In this document: positions 12,533 through 26,752 of the stretch, in pieces
Position numbering within the stretch: position 1 is the first letter of the stretch
Layout: each line of letters opens with the position of its first letter
Assembly: GCF_009834535.1 (NCBI RefSeq)
Contig: NC_045696.1
Coordinates: forward strand, 103,852,001-103,916,000
DNA length: 64,000 nucleotides
Direction: 5' to 3'
Source of the DNA: Camelus ferus
Lineage: Eukaryota
Position numbers and translations under genes: made by a program
The notes under the pieces: model-generated
What the model was told of the DNA's origin: nothing
What the model saw: only the letters and a program-made list of their open reading frames with translations
Databases searched by the model: none

Positions 12533-15500
12533 AAATGGTGTGACCCTCCCAAGAATTTGTAGCTTTTTCTCCCCCAGCTTTCCTGAGATATAATTGACAC
12601 ATAAACAAGGACTTGAAGCTTATTCATGGCTTTTGATGGCTCAAGCTAGGTGCTTTCTTTCATCTCTTTTAAAATGTTTTTTTATCAGAATTGCAAAAAA
12701 TTCAGGAGCAATACATGGTTATAATTAAAAGCAATATAATAAAAGGCTTTCTATCACTCTGTATAATCAATGTTAACATCCTTGGTGGTTTATTAGCTGG
12801 TACTATATTAAAATGCCTGTTTTAGATCATTTTCGACTTACAAAAATGCCAGTTTCCCATGGTAATACTTAGGCTGTTCCTCCGCTTCTCCATGTGCTCA
12901 CCAGGACAAGCATCAGTCCACACACAGAGGATTCTTTTCACTTTGCTTGTTGTACAAAAGGTGGGTTACTTTGCAACTTGCTTTTTTTAATTTAGTAAAC
13001 TGTGAATCTCTCTTCAGATCAAAAATAAGGATCTCCTGTGCGTTCCCAGAAGTTTAGGATGCTCAGTACTGGGGGCTCCAAGGAGCTAAGATGGCCCATG
13101 ACAACAGGGCATTAACCCACACTGCACTGCATGGTGTGTATCTTTAATATCTCTCTGACATTTGAGAGGACACTTTTGTAGAGAGCTCAGCTCAGGATCA
13201 GGATCTCCTATAGGCCGTGCTACCTAACTATCTCTTTAAGTAAGAATTTAAAAATTCTCCTTTTTTTTTTTTTTTTCCGCCTGGACTGATATTAGCCATA
13301 TTACCGGGCTTCTTCTTAACATGGTGCATGGCCAACTGCCTAGCTCTGCAGGGAGGGCGGGGGAGGGGAGGGGAGGATGGGGAGCTACTGCGTCCTGATT
13401 TCCTCCTGCATAACTCCCCCTGTTCAAGGGTCAGTTATGAATGATTTTCACTTCCCTGCTGTTTGTTTCCCTGCTTTAATGTGAGTTGGGTTTTGGTGTA
13501 GAGTTTTATCATCTTTACATTCCACCAAATACACAGGCTTTTCCTGAGCCTGGTATTTTCCCTCATCCCACTGTCCTTCCTAAATAGGGACACATCAGTC
13601 CTGTAACACATTTGATGAGTTAGGGAAAGGCGTCCCCTCAGGCTCAGCCCCCGAACAGACTGTAGAGCTTTGTGAGCGGACTGTAGGGTCTACAGGCCCT
13701 CCTGCCTCCCCCCAACCCCGGCCACTAGACCAGCAGTCCTGTTCCTCACACCAGCCGTCAGGAAATCTTTGCAAATTGCCATTTCCTCATTTCAAATGGT
13801 CACAGGACACATTGGCACCTGCTACAGTTAATGCTTGCAGACATGTGGCTCGGGTTTCTTTCCTGGCTTCTCTGCTAAGCTGCCTTGGAGATTCCATCAG
13901 GGGTCCAGATCCCCTGTGTTAATGCTTTTAGCCACCATACCCCCACCTCCACCACACACGCAAACACACACACCACATGCTCAGTGTTCACCCAGGAAAC
14001 AGAGAGGGATGGCTGAAGTTAATCGCTGTCTTATCCTTTTTACTGCTGTGCCCTTATCAGCAAAAAAGGAACAATAGGGTAGTTTTCTTGTCGGCCTTGA
14101 GTTTTAAGTTCTGGCCTTTCCCTTCCTCAGGGGAAAAAGAAATAGCCCTTTGTGCTTTGAAGTCTTACCCAGAGAGGTTTCTAGGCCCCAGGTTAAGGCC
14201 CCTTCACTCTGATCTTTGAATGGAAACCAGTCTTGTTAAGAAGAAAATTCAGGATGGCGGAAATAGTTGCTGCTTTTAAAGGAGGGAAATTTGGCCCAGC
14301 CTTATAGGGTGGCTTCCCTGAGATGGAGGATGTCTTTACGCGCATGTGCACGTGTGCGTGCCCGCGTGCAGGCACGTGTGTAGGGGCAGTGGGTGCAGGC
14401 TTCTGGGGCTGTAGGGGGTCTGTGTCCCACCATCCCTGCAGGAACTGACGTGAGAGGTTACTTGAAAGCCTATGGTGGCTGGACACTCCATAATCCTGCT
14501 CTGAGAGCCTGGCTAGGTTATCCCGGGGATAACCCGTGGCCAGTGGAGAGGATACAGCGCCAAGAAGCCTCTCCATGGTCCTCCCAGGTTCTCCCTGCGT
14601 GCCAGAAAAGGCCAGCACATGGGGTAGCAGAGGAGCAGTGGTAACTGTGGCACCTGGCGTGGCCTACAAATCAGGATGCCCCCACTTTCCTGGGCCAATG
14701 AGAGCCCAGGAGACCCAGTCATCATAATATTAGATTCTTCCCCAACCTTGGAGAGTGAGAAATATGAAACCAAGTTTAATCTGATTTTAAAGAAATACAA
14801 CAATGCGGCATCCTCTGCACCTGGGCATTGTGGAGCGATTCTCACCTGTCACCCACGTTTCTCTCTGTAATGCAATCTATGGAATTCCTCCTTGGAATAG
14901 AGGGGATCTTGCCTTTTTTTTTTTTTTCCCCTGTTCTTCTGCAAGTGGGTTTTAATGTCCTGTTGCTCTAATTTTAATTTAGTAAATTCTCAATAGCACC
15001 TGTGCAGTAAACTTTGTATGTAATACGGCCATCGTGGCAATCAAGACCAGCAGTCTGTGGAGGGAGCCGGGTTCTTCTATGTTAACTCGCCATTTCTCAG
15101 CACCCTCCTCACTGTGACTTGTACAGAATCACAGGAGCTGCTGAAACCAGCTGGATCCTTTGCCTTCCCTTAACTTCTGGCCAGCCTCCATTCATACTGC
15201 TTTACTTCCAATCCCCCCTCTCCAAAGTAGGTGGTGTTGGTGGGGTCTTAGATCCCCTCAACTATCCTTATCTCCTGGGGAAATTTGTCACCATATGCCT
15301 CTGAGCATTGCTTCTCAATATAGTTTTTTTGCTGTTATTCCTGCTGGTTTTGGAAGTTCTCCTGGGGACGTAGGGGACGGCTGTGGCTCACCCAGGGGAT
15401 ATAAAAGCTGGTGCAGACATTCCAGGGTGTCCATCTGCATGAGTTTTCCTGGATGCTGACATCTTGATTGGATCATTAGCCAAGAGGTTCTTGCCTTTTG

Positions 15501-16419
15501 GGCAGAGCTTCCTTAACTCCTTCCTCTGATTATAATCTTCAACCCTTAGATACTCTCTCTTATCTAAACAACATGTATAGTTTCATTTATAACATGCATA
15601 TATTAATTTGGTGGAAACATGAGTTCTTAGGATCGTCTCAAGTGGTCTATTCTCCATTTTTAAAAAAGATAGAAATAGGATCTTCAAGAAGAATCATGAA
15701 AATGAGACAAGGAATTGGAGCCACTAGCTTAGACCTAGATCTTGACGACACTGGAAACTCTCCCAGTGCCTGAGAGGAACAACTGGGGAAAACCTGGATG
15801 AACTGTGAGTCCCCAGGCAAAGGGATTTATTTCCTTTGACTCCGAGTTTTCAAGTAACACCCACTACACAAACTGGCAATGTGATAGGAACTCTGCAGAT
15901 ACAGAGAAGTAAAAGATATGAGTCCTTCCAGGAGGAAGGAACCAGTTTCCTGGATCTAGACTATGGGCCGTGAAGTGCACAATGGGGCCAAGCTGGTAGG
16001 TAAAACAAGGGGTGCCCAGAGAGCCACAGGACTGGATAAGTCAGGGAAGTCTTCCCGGAGGAGGGGTTCTGGGAGGAAACCCTTGCCCCATTCAATTTCC
16101 TGATTCCAGTTGGCTAGAAAAGGAACAGAGGTGAGGATGCTCACTGCCTGGTTGTCAGGGAGATGATGCACATTGGGAGTAATAGGGAACAGGAAGAGTT
16201 AGATTAGGAGGGTGCGACCAGATTGTGGATGGCTTTCAATGCTGGGCAGCAGAGTTCAGATATGAGGTGCTTGAGTTTCCAGAATGGGAATTACATGATG
16301 AGGGCAGAGTTGAAGGAGGATTAGCAGGCATCTCCCATGGGAGATGCCAAATGTTAGAAAGTCTCTGCTTTAGTAATGATTTCTCTGTAATGATGCTTAT
16401 AGTATTTTAAAAAGTTGAC

Positions 16420-16520
16420 TTTTTAAAAAATTGAAGTACCATCAATTACAATGTGTCAAGTTCTGGTGTACAGCACAATATCCCAGTCATGCATATACAT
16501 ACATATATTCATTTCCATAT
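16420..16520 (-). mobile_element. Short lineage-specific L1 3' tail
   Basis: Reverse complement of the same L1 3' UTR end (ttgaagta...tctggtgtacagca...cagtcatgcatatac), with an imperfect TSD aaag(t/c)tgacttt. Confidence 0.75.
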
Positions 16521-19500
16521 TAAAAATAAAGCTGACTTTGAGATGCAAGTGTTGTATGTATTGTGCATAGAACTTCTAAAGAGGTTTTTATACTTTGATG
16601 CGACTCAATCCACACTATTGGTAAAGGAGAGTGAAGGGATTATTGACTTAGGAAATTGACAAGTCCAATCAGGAGGGTCTGGGTTGTAGAAACTTGGGAA
16701 ACTTAAGACCAGGTACCCAAGTGCTGACTTCATAAGGTAGTCATGCAGCCAACTGCAGAAGTTGGCTGACGACCATGTTGTTCTGCAACTGAGCGTCCCT
16801 GGAGTCAGACAACTGATGAAGGTGCAGACTTCAACAATGAGTGACAAGGTTTCTAAAATCCACTGCGAGAGGCAGACATGCACAGGAATGGCTGTTCTCT
16901 CTTTAGTGAAATAGCTATTGCTGTGGCAGGTGATTGGTTCTCAGTTTTCCACCCTGAGTTCCAATGTCAATTTCTGCTCTCTGTTCAGCAACATAAGTGA
17001 AGACATTCAATGAGAAGTTTCTAGAATTCCTTCCTTTTTTCCTTCTTCTAACGGGTGTGGGTTGGAGGAGGGTTCTTTGGTTTGTCTGAGCTGAGGTAAG
17101 GGATGCAAAATAGAGTGATGACTAGCCTAATGGCACACAGTATTTTCATGGTCACAATAACGTAGACCCTGTTATTCCTTTTCAACTCCTAGGCTATTGA
17201 GAGAGCACTGAAGACTTGGTTTTAGCCGCAGAACAGATTACAAATGTCACAGAGGACTTTTTATGTATCCTCAATGTATAAATTTAATGATTAAATGTCT
17301 AGGAGACTCATGTCTTTCACCTCTGGGAAACACCTTGTATTTCCCATTATCCAATTTTTCTTTCTTGTAACTTCTATTAGTCAGGTGTGGGATATCCTGG
17401 ATTAGCCCTCTAAGACTTTTTTCTCTTACGATTTCCATCTCTTTGTCCTTTCTCTGGGAGATTTCTTTGAATTTACATCCTAATGTTTCCGTTGAATTTT
17501 TTTTACTATAAATGTGTTTTTAATTTCCAGGTGCTATTTACACTTCTTTGATAATTTCTTTTCCATTGCATCCTGTTCTTTTATGATGCAATATCTTTTC
17601 AGATTTCCCTGAGGATAGTAATTGGAAGTTTCTTTCTTCTTTTCTGGTTCGAGTCTTTACTCTTTCCTCTTGGTCACTCTTGTGTTTATTTTTATCTATC
17701 TTTCATGTTGCGGCCTTTTGTCAAGTATCTGGTCATCCTCGGTTGTTTCTACTTCAGACTGAGGCAGTAAGATGCTCATTGGTACTTTTTTTTTGCACGT
17801 AGATGAGGCTTATTAGTTGGGCCTTTACCTTGTGGTGATCTAGTTCTGCCAGTTACTTGCTGTGTGATCTTAGGCTACTTAGTAATCACTCTGTTCTTCA
17901 GTTTCTCCTAGAGTTGCTGTGAACATTAAATGAATTAATGATGTATATGTTACAGTGCTATCTAACTATTTCCTGCTTCTATTGCTTTTACTATGATTAC
18001 TTGGCAGAGTCCCAGTTAGGGAACTCAAAAATCCCTGCATGTTAGGGTCTTATCTTTGGGGTCATTACATTTTGTAGAGAGGAGAACAAGACTGTTGTTT
18101 TTTATTGGGTGGGGTGATGCAGAGCCTATTTGACTGCCACGTGGGGTGGGAGGCCAACTGCTTCCCTGAGCCATTTTATCAGTCACCATAGTTTCAGCCC
18201 TATCACTCACTCAGCTGATATTTATGAATTTCCTAGTGTCCCAAGTTCTGTTCTACCCTCCTTCAGCCTCCCACTCATGTAATATAAGTTTAGTTGCCTC
18301 TGTTCTCTTTCTTCTGCCATCACTCCTTACCCACTGTCTACTCTCCAGAAATTCTTTGAAATCTCTTATCTGCTGAGAGTCCCTCTGCTATTACTGGGTA
18401 TTTATCACTTTTTAAATGTCATATTACCATTTTAGTGGGGTTTTGGCGAGGATAAAATCAAGCATGCTTAATCTGCCATCTTTAATCAGACATCCATATA
18501 CTCTCTTGACAGACACAGTGCCAGGTTCCATGTTTGAAATTCTGTCCCTTTTACTTGCTTTTCTTTTACTTGTAGGGTCCTTTAAGCAAGAGGAGGGAGG
18601 GAGGGAGGAAAGGAATTGGTAGCCTAAGTGACTTGCTATAGTTGAGGGAGGGATCTTAGAAGATAGTCTACTAATGCATTCCCCTCCTGGAACGATACAG
18701 TCCATCTGAATTTGCAGTCAGCAGGAGAGAGCATTTTAGGCAAAGGTTCAGGAAAGATACTGCAAGTAATGATAAAGATAAATCACTTAAAGAGGGAGAC
18801 ATGAATTACTTCCCAGTTTCAAAGTAGTTATTATGAGTATTTCCTTTACTGTAACTATTACCAGATCATTCCTGCATGATGCTATTGCTGGAAGTCAGTA
18901 TGCATATTAGCTCAAGAATGAATGTGAGCTATTTCTGCAAAATACAAAATAGAAGTGGTTCTATTACGAATAAAAATCATTCGTTGACTTATGATGCACG
19001 ATTTCCATTACATGTAGCATAGGAATGCATTGAGTAAAATTAGGCTTCTGCTTTGAAGCTCAAGATGGTAGAATTTACAACCATTTTTGAAATTTAAGCT
19101 TTTAAAAAATTTAGTGGCAAGTAATAACTTTAATAGATTATGAACTGCCCTTCAAACAAATAATTATAGACAACAACAGATTGGTAACCACAATCCTAAT
19201 TAGAGAATTTGCTAACAGTTAATCCATGTTAAAGAAAAATACATTTTAGCATGACATATGTTATCAGTCTGGTTATCAGGATCTAACCAGAACAACAGAA
19301 ATTACTACACATATTCATAACAGAGGGAATTTAATGCAGGGAGTTGGTTACATAGTTGATGGATGATCTGATAAGTTTAGATTAGTGACAGTGGGAAGTC
19401 ACTTCCAAGCCTGGAAAAATCAGAGGAGATGGTGTTACCAGGGCTCAGTGGCTGGGGTCGCTGATGGCAGATGGAACCACAGCTGGCCTTTGTGGCAGGG

Positions 19501-22350
19501 TCTGGAGCCTTGCTACAGCCACTGTCAGAAATCATAGAAGGGCAGAAGGCTTCCTGGGAGAGAGACATCCTGGCCTTTCCCTTCCCCCAGTCCAGTGCTT
19601 CTCACTGGCTGAGCCCGGCTGGAACCCAGGTGACCTGGCAGCCTGGGAAAACTCTGCAATGGCCAGCCCCCCTGAGACACAGAGCAGAACAGGGGAAGGT
19701 GAGGAATGGACCTGAAACCAATGGGCCCAAGACCTGTACAACATGTACATAGTATTAAATACAGTATGGACTTTCCTTAGGTTAACTATGCAAGTGTCCA
19801 TGTATAATATGAACATGTGTACGTAAGCCTCTACAGCTCTGTTTGCACTCAGATTAAATTGGAGCCATAATCTTGGCCAGTTGAGCCAGGTCTATCTTAA
19901 TTGGTTAAGATCAGGTTCAAATGAGCCATAAACTATTGCTAATATAGCTATCAATTAAACCACGTTTGTTTTTTTTTTTAAATCAAGAAACACATCAACC
20001 AGCCTTTAGAAGTGAAAATGATTTCCTTCCTCTCATTTTATCTCTAATCCTAACACTAGGGGCATGTAGTCTAAGATACACAACCACAGTTTCCACAATG
20101 GCATAAATGCTGCAACTCACAGACTGTGTATGGCTTTTAAACCAACACTGCCTGAGTTTAAAATTCGTTGGTAAATTTCAGGAGACTATAAAAGAATAAT
20201 ATTCTGAAACCTGGGCTTCGCAAAAAATGAAGACTAGCTCTTTGATTCTTCCTGTATAAAAGCTAAGTAGTGGAAGCGCCGAGCTGGCTGTTTTCCCACA
20301 CTAATTTCCTCCTGGCAGACGGCAGATTAAAACCTTCACAGTAGACAGTGCCTTCTTTCAGAGATTCTGAAATCTACGGGGTGTGTGGAGAAGCCTTGAG
20401 TCTTCGTCTCCTTCAGATGTGAGCATTAAACCATAAAGGAAACCCGGAGAGTTTGAGAGATGCCTTCAGCCTGTGCTTTCTAGAAAGTCTGATAGCTGTC
20501 TACATGGAGTGGGCCAGGCTGGGCCAGACTGGACACTGACTCATTTCCTATTTTCCCGGGGTCTGAGTGTCTCACCCCAACTCCCCTCTGCTCCGTTGCA
20601 AGTCTTTCAAGCCAAGAGGAAATAAAAACATTAAATAGCTGTAGACTGTGCTGTTTTTTTCATCCTCACCCTTTGCTGCAATGGAATAATAGCTCTCTTT
20701 TGTTCAAAAGGGGACAGTACAATTAATTCTGAATCATTATAATAAAAATGGGTAGAAGGGAGAAAGGGAGAAAGAGTAGAATAAATGAAAGGGGAGGAGC
20801 TAATGAAGAAATTTCCCCAGCTAATGGGAAGCATTTATTTCAATGCTGCTAGCCTCACTCCCACCCCAGCCTCAAGGTTATTCACAGTCTCCTGGTAACT
20901 GGTTGGCATTGCTGGCTGGTCACCGGGAGCATTAGACTGCCTGAACTAACAAGCCAGTTAAATCAGATTCTCTGGGTGTCACTATTTTTAAGATCCCTGT
21001 GATTCTGATGGGCAGGCAGAATGGAGAACCTCTAAGATGAGCCCCACCCCCTACCCTCCTTGGGCAGAACATGACCAAAGCGTGAATAGCAGGAGTTCAA
21101 GAGGTGATTGCTTTAACTGGTAAGAAATCATAGTCACTATTTAGAGAACTGGCTGCCAGTTGGGGGTTGTTCCAGGAAACTTCTTCCCACACAGGGGCCC
21201 CAGTAAACCAGAAACTGCCATCCCAGCCCCTGCTGAGGACAGGCACTGCCTTCCGCTCACAGACTCTGAGCACAAGTTCTCCATGACGGTGACCTTGTCC
21301 CCTGGGAGGCCTTTGGGAACTCCATGGGGCTGTTTTCAGTTGTCACAAAAATTTCTGGAGTTTAGGGGGAAGCTAAGCGGTTGGAAAAAGTGAGGAAGGT
21401 ATAGGGAAGGGAACTAATGTTTGAAACCTATTGTCTGTTAAGCACAGGGACAGGCACTTAGGAGAGGTGGGGGCTCTCACCCTCCCACGTCTCCATCCCT
21501 CAACACACACCTATGCACGCACCCCCACGCACGCACCACACCCTTACACAGCTCTTCTGAGTTCAGGGAGAAGTAATTGCCAATGCATGGAAGCTAAGAG
21601 ATGGAATCCGGCAAGAGATGGAAGAAAACTCTCCTTGCATAATAGGGCCAAGATAATTAGTTCACACGAAATAAGGTCGAAGTTGAATAAACAGAAGCAC
21701 TATGTATTGCAAATGCAGGCAGATAGGGCTGGGAAAAGAAGACTCTACCCTCACAGCATGAGGTCTGCCTGACTTCAGATATTAAGGGACAGAAGAGCAG
21801 TAGCCCAAGCAGAGTTCCACCTTCTTCAGTGCTCACATCCCTGCACCCCTGCATCCTGGCATCCCCCATAGGCTTGAGTTTACCTCTTCCCAGCATAAGT
21901 GGTCCAGTATCACTGTCCAGATCCACGCGTTTCAGTCACAAGGGCAGCCCTGTGGTCCCTCCACACCTGTGTTCCCAGGACTGACCCTGACCAACCCTCT
22001 CAAAGCCTTTTTTTTTTTTTTAATGTTCTGTTCCCCCACTGCATCTTTCTTTCCCACAGAAACCACAAGGGCTTCTTCCCAGGCCAAACATCTATCCAGA
22101 GAGGTTGCCTCATCTTTTCAACCCACCCAAATACAGTCTTGTCCAGCTTCTTTCTTTTGTAAAAGTTCTCAGAAGCATATCATGATTGGGGGGGGGGGAT
22201 GCTAACCCTTGGCAATATACAGTATCGTCTAGATCCTTGATGACAAGAAGTGTCTAGAAATACATCAGGCCTGGCTACCCTCTCGGGAAGATGGGAAATT
22301 ACCTTTATTTCTTCCCTAGGATTGACACAAGGGCTTCTTGCCATACCAAC

Positions 22351-22845
22351 TGTAGTAGGCAGAATAATAGCCTCCCAAAGATGTCCACATCCTAATCCTG
22401 GAACTTGTGAATATGTTCCTTCACGTGGCAAAGGGGACTTGGCAGAAGTGATTAAGGTCATGAACCTTGAGATGGAGAGATTATGCTGGATTAGCTGGGT
22501 GAGCACAATGTAATCACAGGAGTCTTTCAAAGCAGAGAGCCCGTCCCAGCTGTAGTCAGTGGGAGGGAGATGTGGCTATGGAAGGGCCATGGGGACACCA
22601 CGCCGCTGGCTTTGAGGATGGAGGACGAGGGCCCCAAGCCCAGGAAGGGGGCCAAATTCTAGAGCTGCAGAAGGCAGGGAGAGGGCTCTCTGGATCCTTC
22701 AGGAAGAAACACAGCTCTACTGATGACACCTTGACTTTTGCCCAGTGGGACCCATGTCAGACTTATGACCCAGATAATAAGTCTGTGTTTTAAGCCACTA
22801 AGTATGTGGTGATTTTTACAGCAACAACGGAAAACGATTACAGAG
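22351..22845 (+). mobile_element. MaLR LTR (MLT1D-like)
   Basis: tgtagtaggcagaataatagcctcccaaagatgtccacatcctaatcc...ttttaagccactaagtatgtggtgatttttacagcaac. Confidence 0.85.
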
Positions 22846-24549
22846 CTGACTAAAACGTAGCCAAAGCAGACCACCGTTTAAGGTCTCCTGTCCTGCTATT
22901 ACTAGAATCAAAGAATACCTGGGTTCCTAAGGTAAATGGGACACTTAAAGTAGATTTTGTGCTTCGGGGCAAATTGTTAGAGCCACGTCCACCAGAGTTC
23001 CCAGGATCCAAGTTTTCTCTCCTCTACCATTAGAGGTTCTTGGGTGCAAAAGTTTGAGAATCACTGACAAGAGGGTTCACTGGCCTCCTTCATGGAATTC
23101 ACACAGTGGAGCGTGTTGCTGGGGCACACAGACAGAGGAGACAACTGACGGGAATCCGAGCCATGTAACCTTCTCAAGTCTGCACTATGTTTGAGGCAAA
23201 GCTTTTGCGAGTATTCTTTACCTAGAAGGACGATCATACTCTGAAATCTGCCTGGCCCTGGCTGCACTGTGGTTGCTCAAGAAGTCAGTCCATTTCTTTC
23301 TCTGCAGTGGCCCCAGAATCTTTGACCTACATCTCCTGGAATCTTCAACCAACCAGGGTTGGAGGACATCATCCTCTGCTGCTATGGACAAGAAGACCAT
23401 GTGTGGACAAGAAGTCTAAGCATGCTGTGGCCTTGGGTGCCATCTTCCAGAATCCGTGGCCACCAAGGGAGAAGCATTCAACCTGCTTGGCCCCCTTTGC
23501 TCAGAGTCCTTCTCCTCTGCCATCTTACCCCCCACCACTCCTGGGAGTTGTCCAGCCCTACGGCCTGGTTGGCTCATGTTTTGACCTCATGTCATCACAA
23601 TTCCCAAGGGCCCTGTGTCTTCACCCTGATGCTCCTGCCACACTGACTTTTATGACTTAATACCAAGCCCAGAGCTCCTCTGATGCCCTGCTCCTTAGAT
23701 GGAACCGCCTGGAATTCTGAGGAAGGTTACAAGATTACACTGGAGCTTGGCCCCACTACTGGGATCTTGGATGCTATGAATTGCCCATTTTCCCTTTGCC
23801 AATCTTTTAACTGGGCTGTTTGTCTTTTTATTTTTGAGTTGTAAGAGTTTTTACACATTCAGGATACAAGTCCCTTATCAGAAACATAAATTACAAATAT
23901 TTTCTCCCATCCTGTGGGCTGTCTTTGGATGCTTCTTAATCACCTTTATCCCCACAGTCTCTAGCACAGTAGATCATTCAATAAACATCTATTGAATTCA
24001 ACTGAATTACTCTTAGGTCTTTTAGGCAAAGTCTTTAAACATCTTTTTTTTACTCTCTTCTCAACTTCAACTTTGTTTCTTAGAGTATAAGTAAATATGA
24101 ATAAAAACAAAGAATATGAACAATTTGGGATGGACATATGCATTAAAAAAATCTAAAATGTAAGTAGCTTTTAAAGAACAGATTTTAGCAAAGTCCTTAA
24201 TGTCTCCAGGCCTCAGTTTCCTCTGCTGTAAATTGGAGAGAGGTTGGAAGCTTGAACTTGATCATCTCTAAGTTTGCTTTCACTCTAACATTCAATGACC
24301 TTAATAATAATAAAGGTCAAGACCATTCCTGGTGGCATGCTGGGTTTAGAGCAAGCCACTTTGAATAATTACCACGTCAGTCTCGCTTGCTGCTGTATTC
24401 CAAGCACAAAGCACTGTGAGCTACACATAGTAGGTAATAAGCTAGAAAGAGTTCTACTCAGTCCCCAGTAAGCTCATGAAGCACCACACCTGTATATGCA
24501 TCAGTGACTCCCTAATGTATCACTAGCATGGATTATATTCTGACGGATC

Positions 24550-25572
24550 TATTTGCTGATTCAACACTTCCGATTGCAGGTCTAACAGCCATCACAACAG
24601 TAATGGGTCAAAAACAGAACTCTTGATTCTGCACACCTCCTCAAACTTGCTCCCCCACCCCATACCAGGCTTTCTAACTTCAGTAAACGGTACTATCTCC
24701 AATGAGATGCGCAGGCAAAAACCTAGGAGTCATTCTTAACTGCTCTTCTTCCTCCATAAAGGTCATTCAGTTCATCCGAAAGTCTTATCAGATCTACCTT
24801 CAACATGTACCCCTGATCCAACCACTTTTTACTCTTTCCACAGCTTACCACTCTGATCCAGGCCACTATCTTCTCTTCCTGGGATTCCTACAGTGGACTT
24901 CTAACTAATGTCCTTGAATCTGCTCCACCTTGCTTACAATCGTTATTCACACAGGAGCCAGGACATTCTCTAAAAACTTAAGCCATATCAAACCACTCCC
25001 CTGTTCAAAACTCTCCAATGACTTCTCATTGCACTCAGAATCTGTCCGAAGTCCTAACAATGGCCTAGAAAAGCTCAAGTGATCAGGGCCCAGCTTCCCT
25101 CTGATCTGAGCTCCATGTCTCTCTGCCTCACTAACTCCAGTCTGGCCTTGCTGGCCTCCCGATGCGCCTTAAATATGCCCAGCGTGCTCTACCTCAGGGC
25201 CTTTGCACCTACTGATCACAGCCTGGTTCACCTGAGATTTCAGCACAGTCTGCTCTTTTGCTTTGTTTGGGTCTCTGCTTGAATGTCACCACCTCAGGGA
25301 GGCCTTATCCAATGCCCTTCCTGAAGTAGCCCCTTCTGCAACTCACTGACCCCTTATTCTGCTTTAAATTCATTCATAGTACTTAGTGGCCCCTAAGTTA
25401 CAGTATATATTTGTGTGTTTACTTCTTAGTTGTCTCCCTGGCTAGAATGTAAACTCTATGAAGGCAGAGATCTCCTCTTTGTTTACTGCTTTGTTCACTG
25501 CTGTACTCTGTTACTGGGTACCATTTCCAGCACATTAGAGACATCCAATAAATACTGTTGACTAAATAAATA
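24550..25572 (+). mobile_element. L2 LINE 3' portion
   Basis: Typical L2 motifs (aaacctaggagtcattctt; cagggcctttgcacct; ctagaatgtaaactctatgaaggcagaga; aataaatactgttga). Confidence 0.75.
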
Positions 25573-26552
25573 ATATGATTATCTGAGAGCAAGCCCTGGG
25601 TTTGCACTCTGGCTCTCCACTCAATAACTGAACAGCTTGGGCAAACTGTCTAACCTCTCTAGGTCTCAGTTTTCTCACCTATAAAAATGAGCTACTAATA
25701 CCTATTGTGAAGGACATTCTGGGGCCTAGAGATAAGAGATGAAAGTGCCTGATATTAGGTGCTCATTTCATAGACCTATAATTACCCATAAAAGTAAACA
25801 TCCTTGTTCATGCATCACTTGGTTGAGGGACAAAGGCAATCATCAAAACTGCTCTCTTAAAATCAGAACCTATTGCCAGAAAACAGCACACTAGAGGCTG
25901 AGGAAGGAAAGGAATCCATTTCAGTGCCGGAGACTCAGAGGGCTGGGCTTATGCAGCAGCCGAAGTAGCCAGGCTTAGAGATGTTACTTCCAAATTCAAG
26001 TCAAGGCACCACTCCGTTCTGTGGACAGCAGCGGGGTTGGCGGCAATGACTTCAAAATGACCTCAGCTTTTGTCTAATCTGGTTCTGTGATCAGACCACA
26101 GGCGACGCCTTGTCCAGGGTAGTAATTTCCTTTGCTGCTCTCTGCTAAGAGGCCCATGGACACACAGTTAAATACCAGGAGCCACTACAAAGGGGGAGGC
26201 ATCTCAACGCGTTCTGACATGCAGAGATCTTCAACTCATGCTCCTGAGTGAAAATCTCAAGCTGCAGAGGAGATGTGTGTATACAAATGCCAGGGCTCTC
26301 CTACACTTGCATACAGGTTTCTGCACATGCATGTAAACATGTGGAAAGGAATGGGAACCATATCAGTCCCCCTCGCTTCTTCAGGGAAGTGGGGAAAGGA
26401 CTAAAACGGGAAGTAGGTGTCAGCTTTATCTAAAATATATTTCTACAAAGAGACTGTGTTACTTCTTTAAATAAAAAATTTTAAAAATGCCCAAACAGGA
26501 TGATGCTAAAACAGCACATTATAAGGCACAAGAGGGGATTCACTCTCCCCTA

Positions 26553-26752
26553 ACTGGCAATTCTCAGATGGGGCAGTATCACCCCCAGTGGGTGTCTGGA
26601 AATGCCCTTTGGCACTTTTTTGACTCCCAGGCTATTGGCATTTAGCTGCCCAAGGACTAGGGATGTTAAGTGTCCTAGTGTGTGAGAAAGTCCCACACCA
26701 CAAAGTAGCATCCCAGCCCACATGCCAGCAGCGGTCTTGGTGAGAAATACTA
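26553..26752 (+). mobile_element. Diverged MER20/MER3-like hAT MITE
   Basis: ttctcagatggggcagtatcacccc...ggcatttag...gggatgttaagtgtcct...tgagaaatact. Confidence 0.55.

Noticed and set aside
16605..16910. Open frames on both strands suggesting a processed pseudogene
   Set aside because: No recognisable protein similarity, poly-A tail or TSD.
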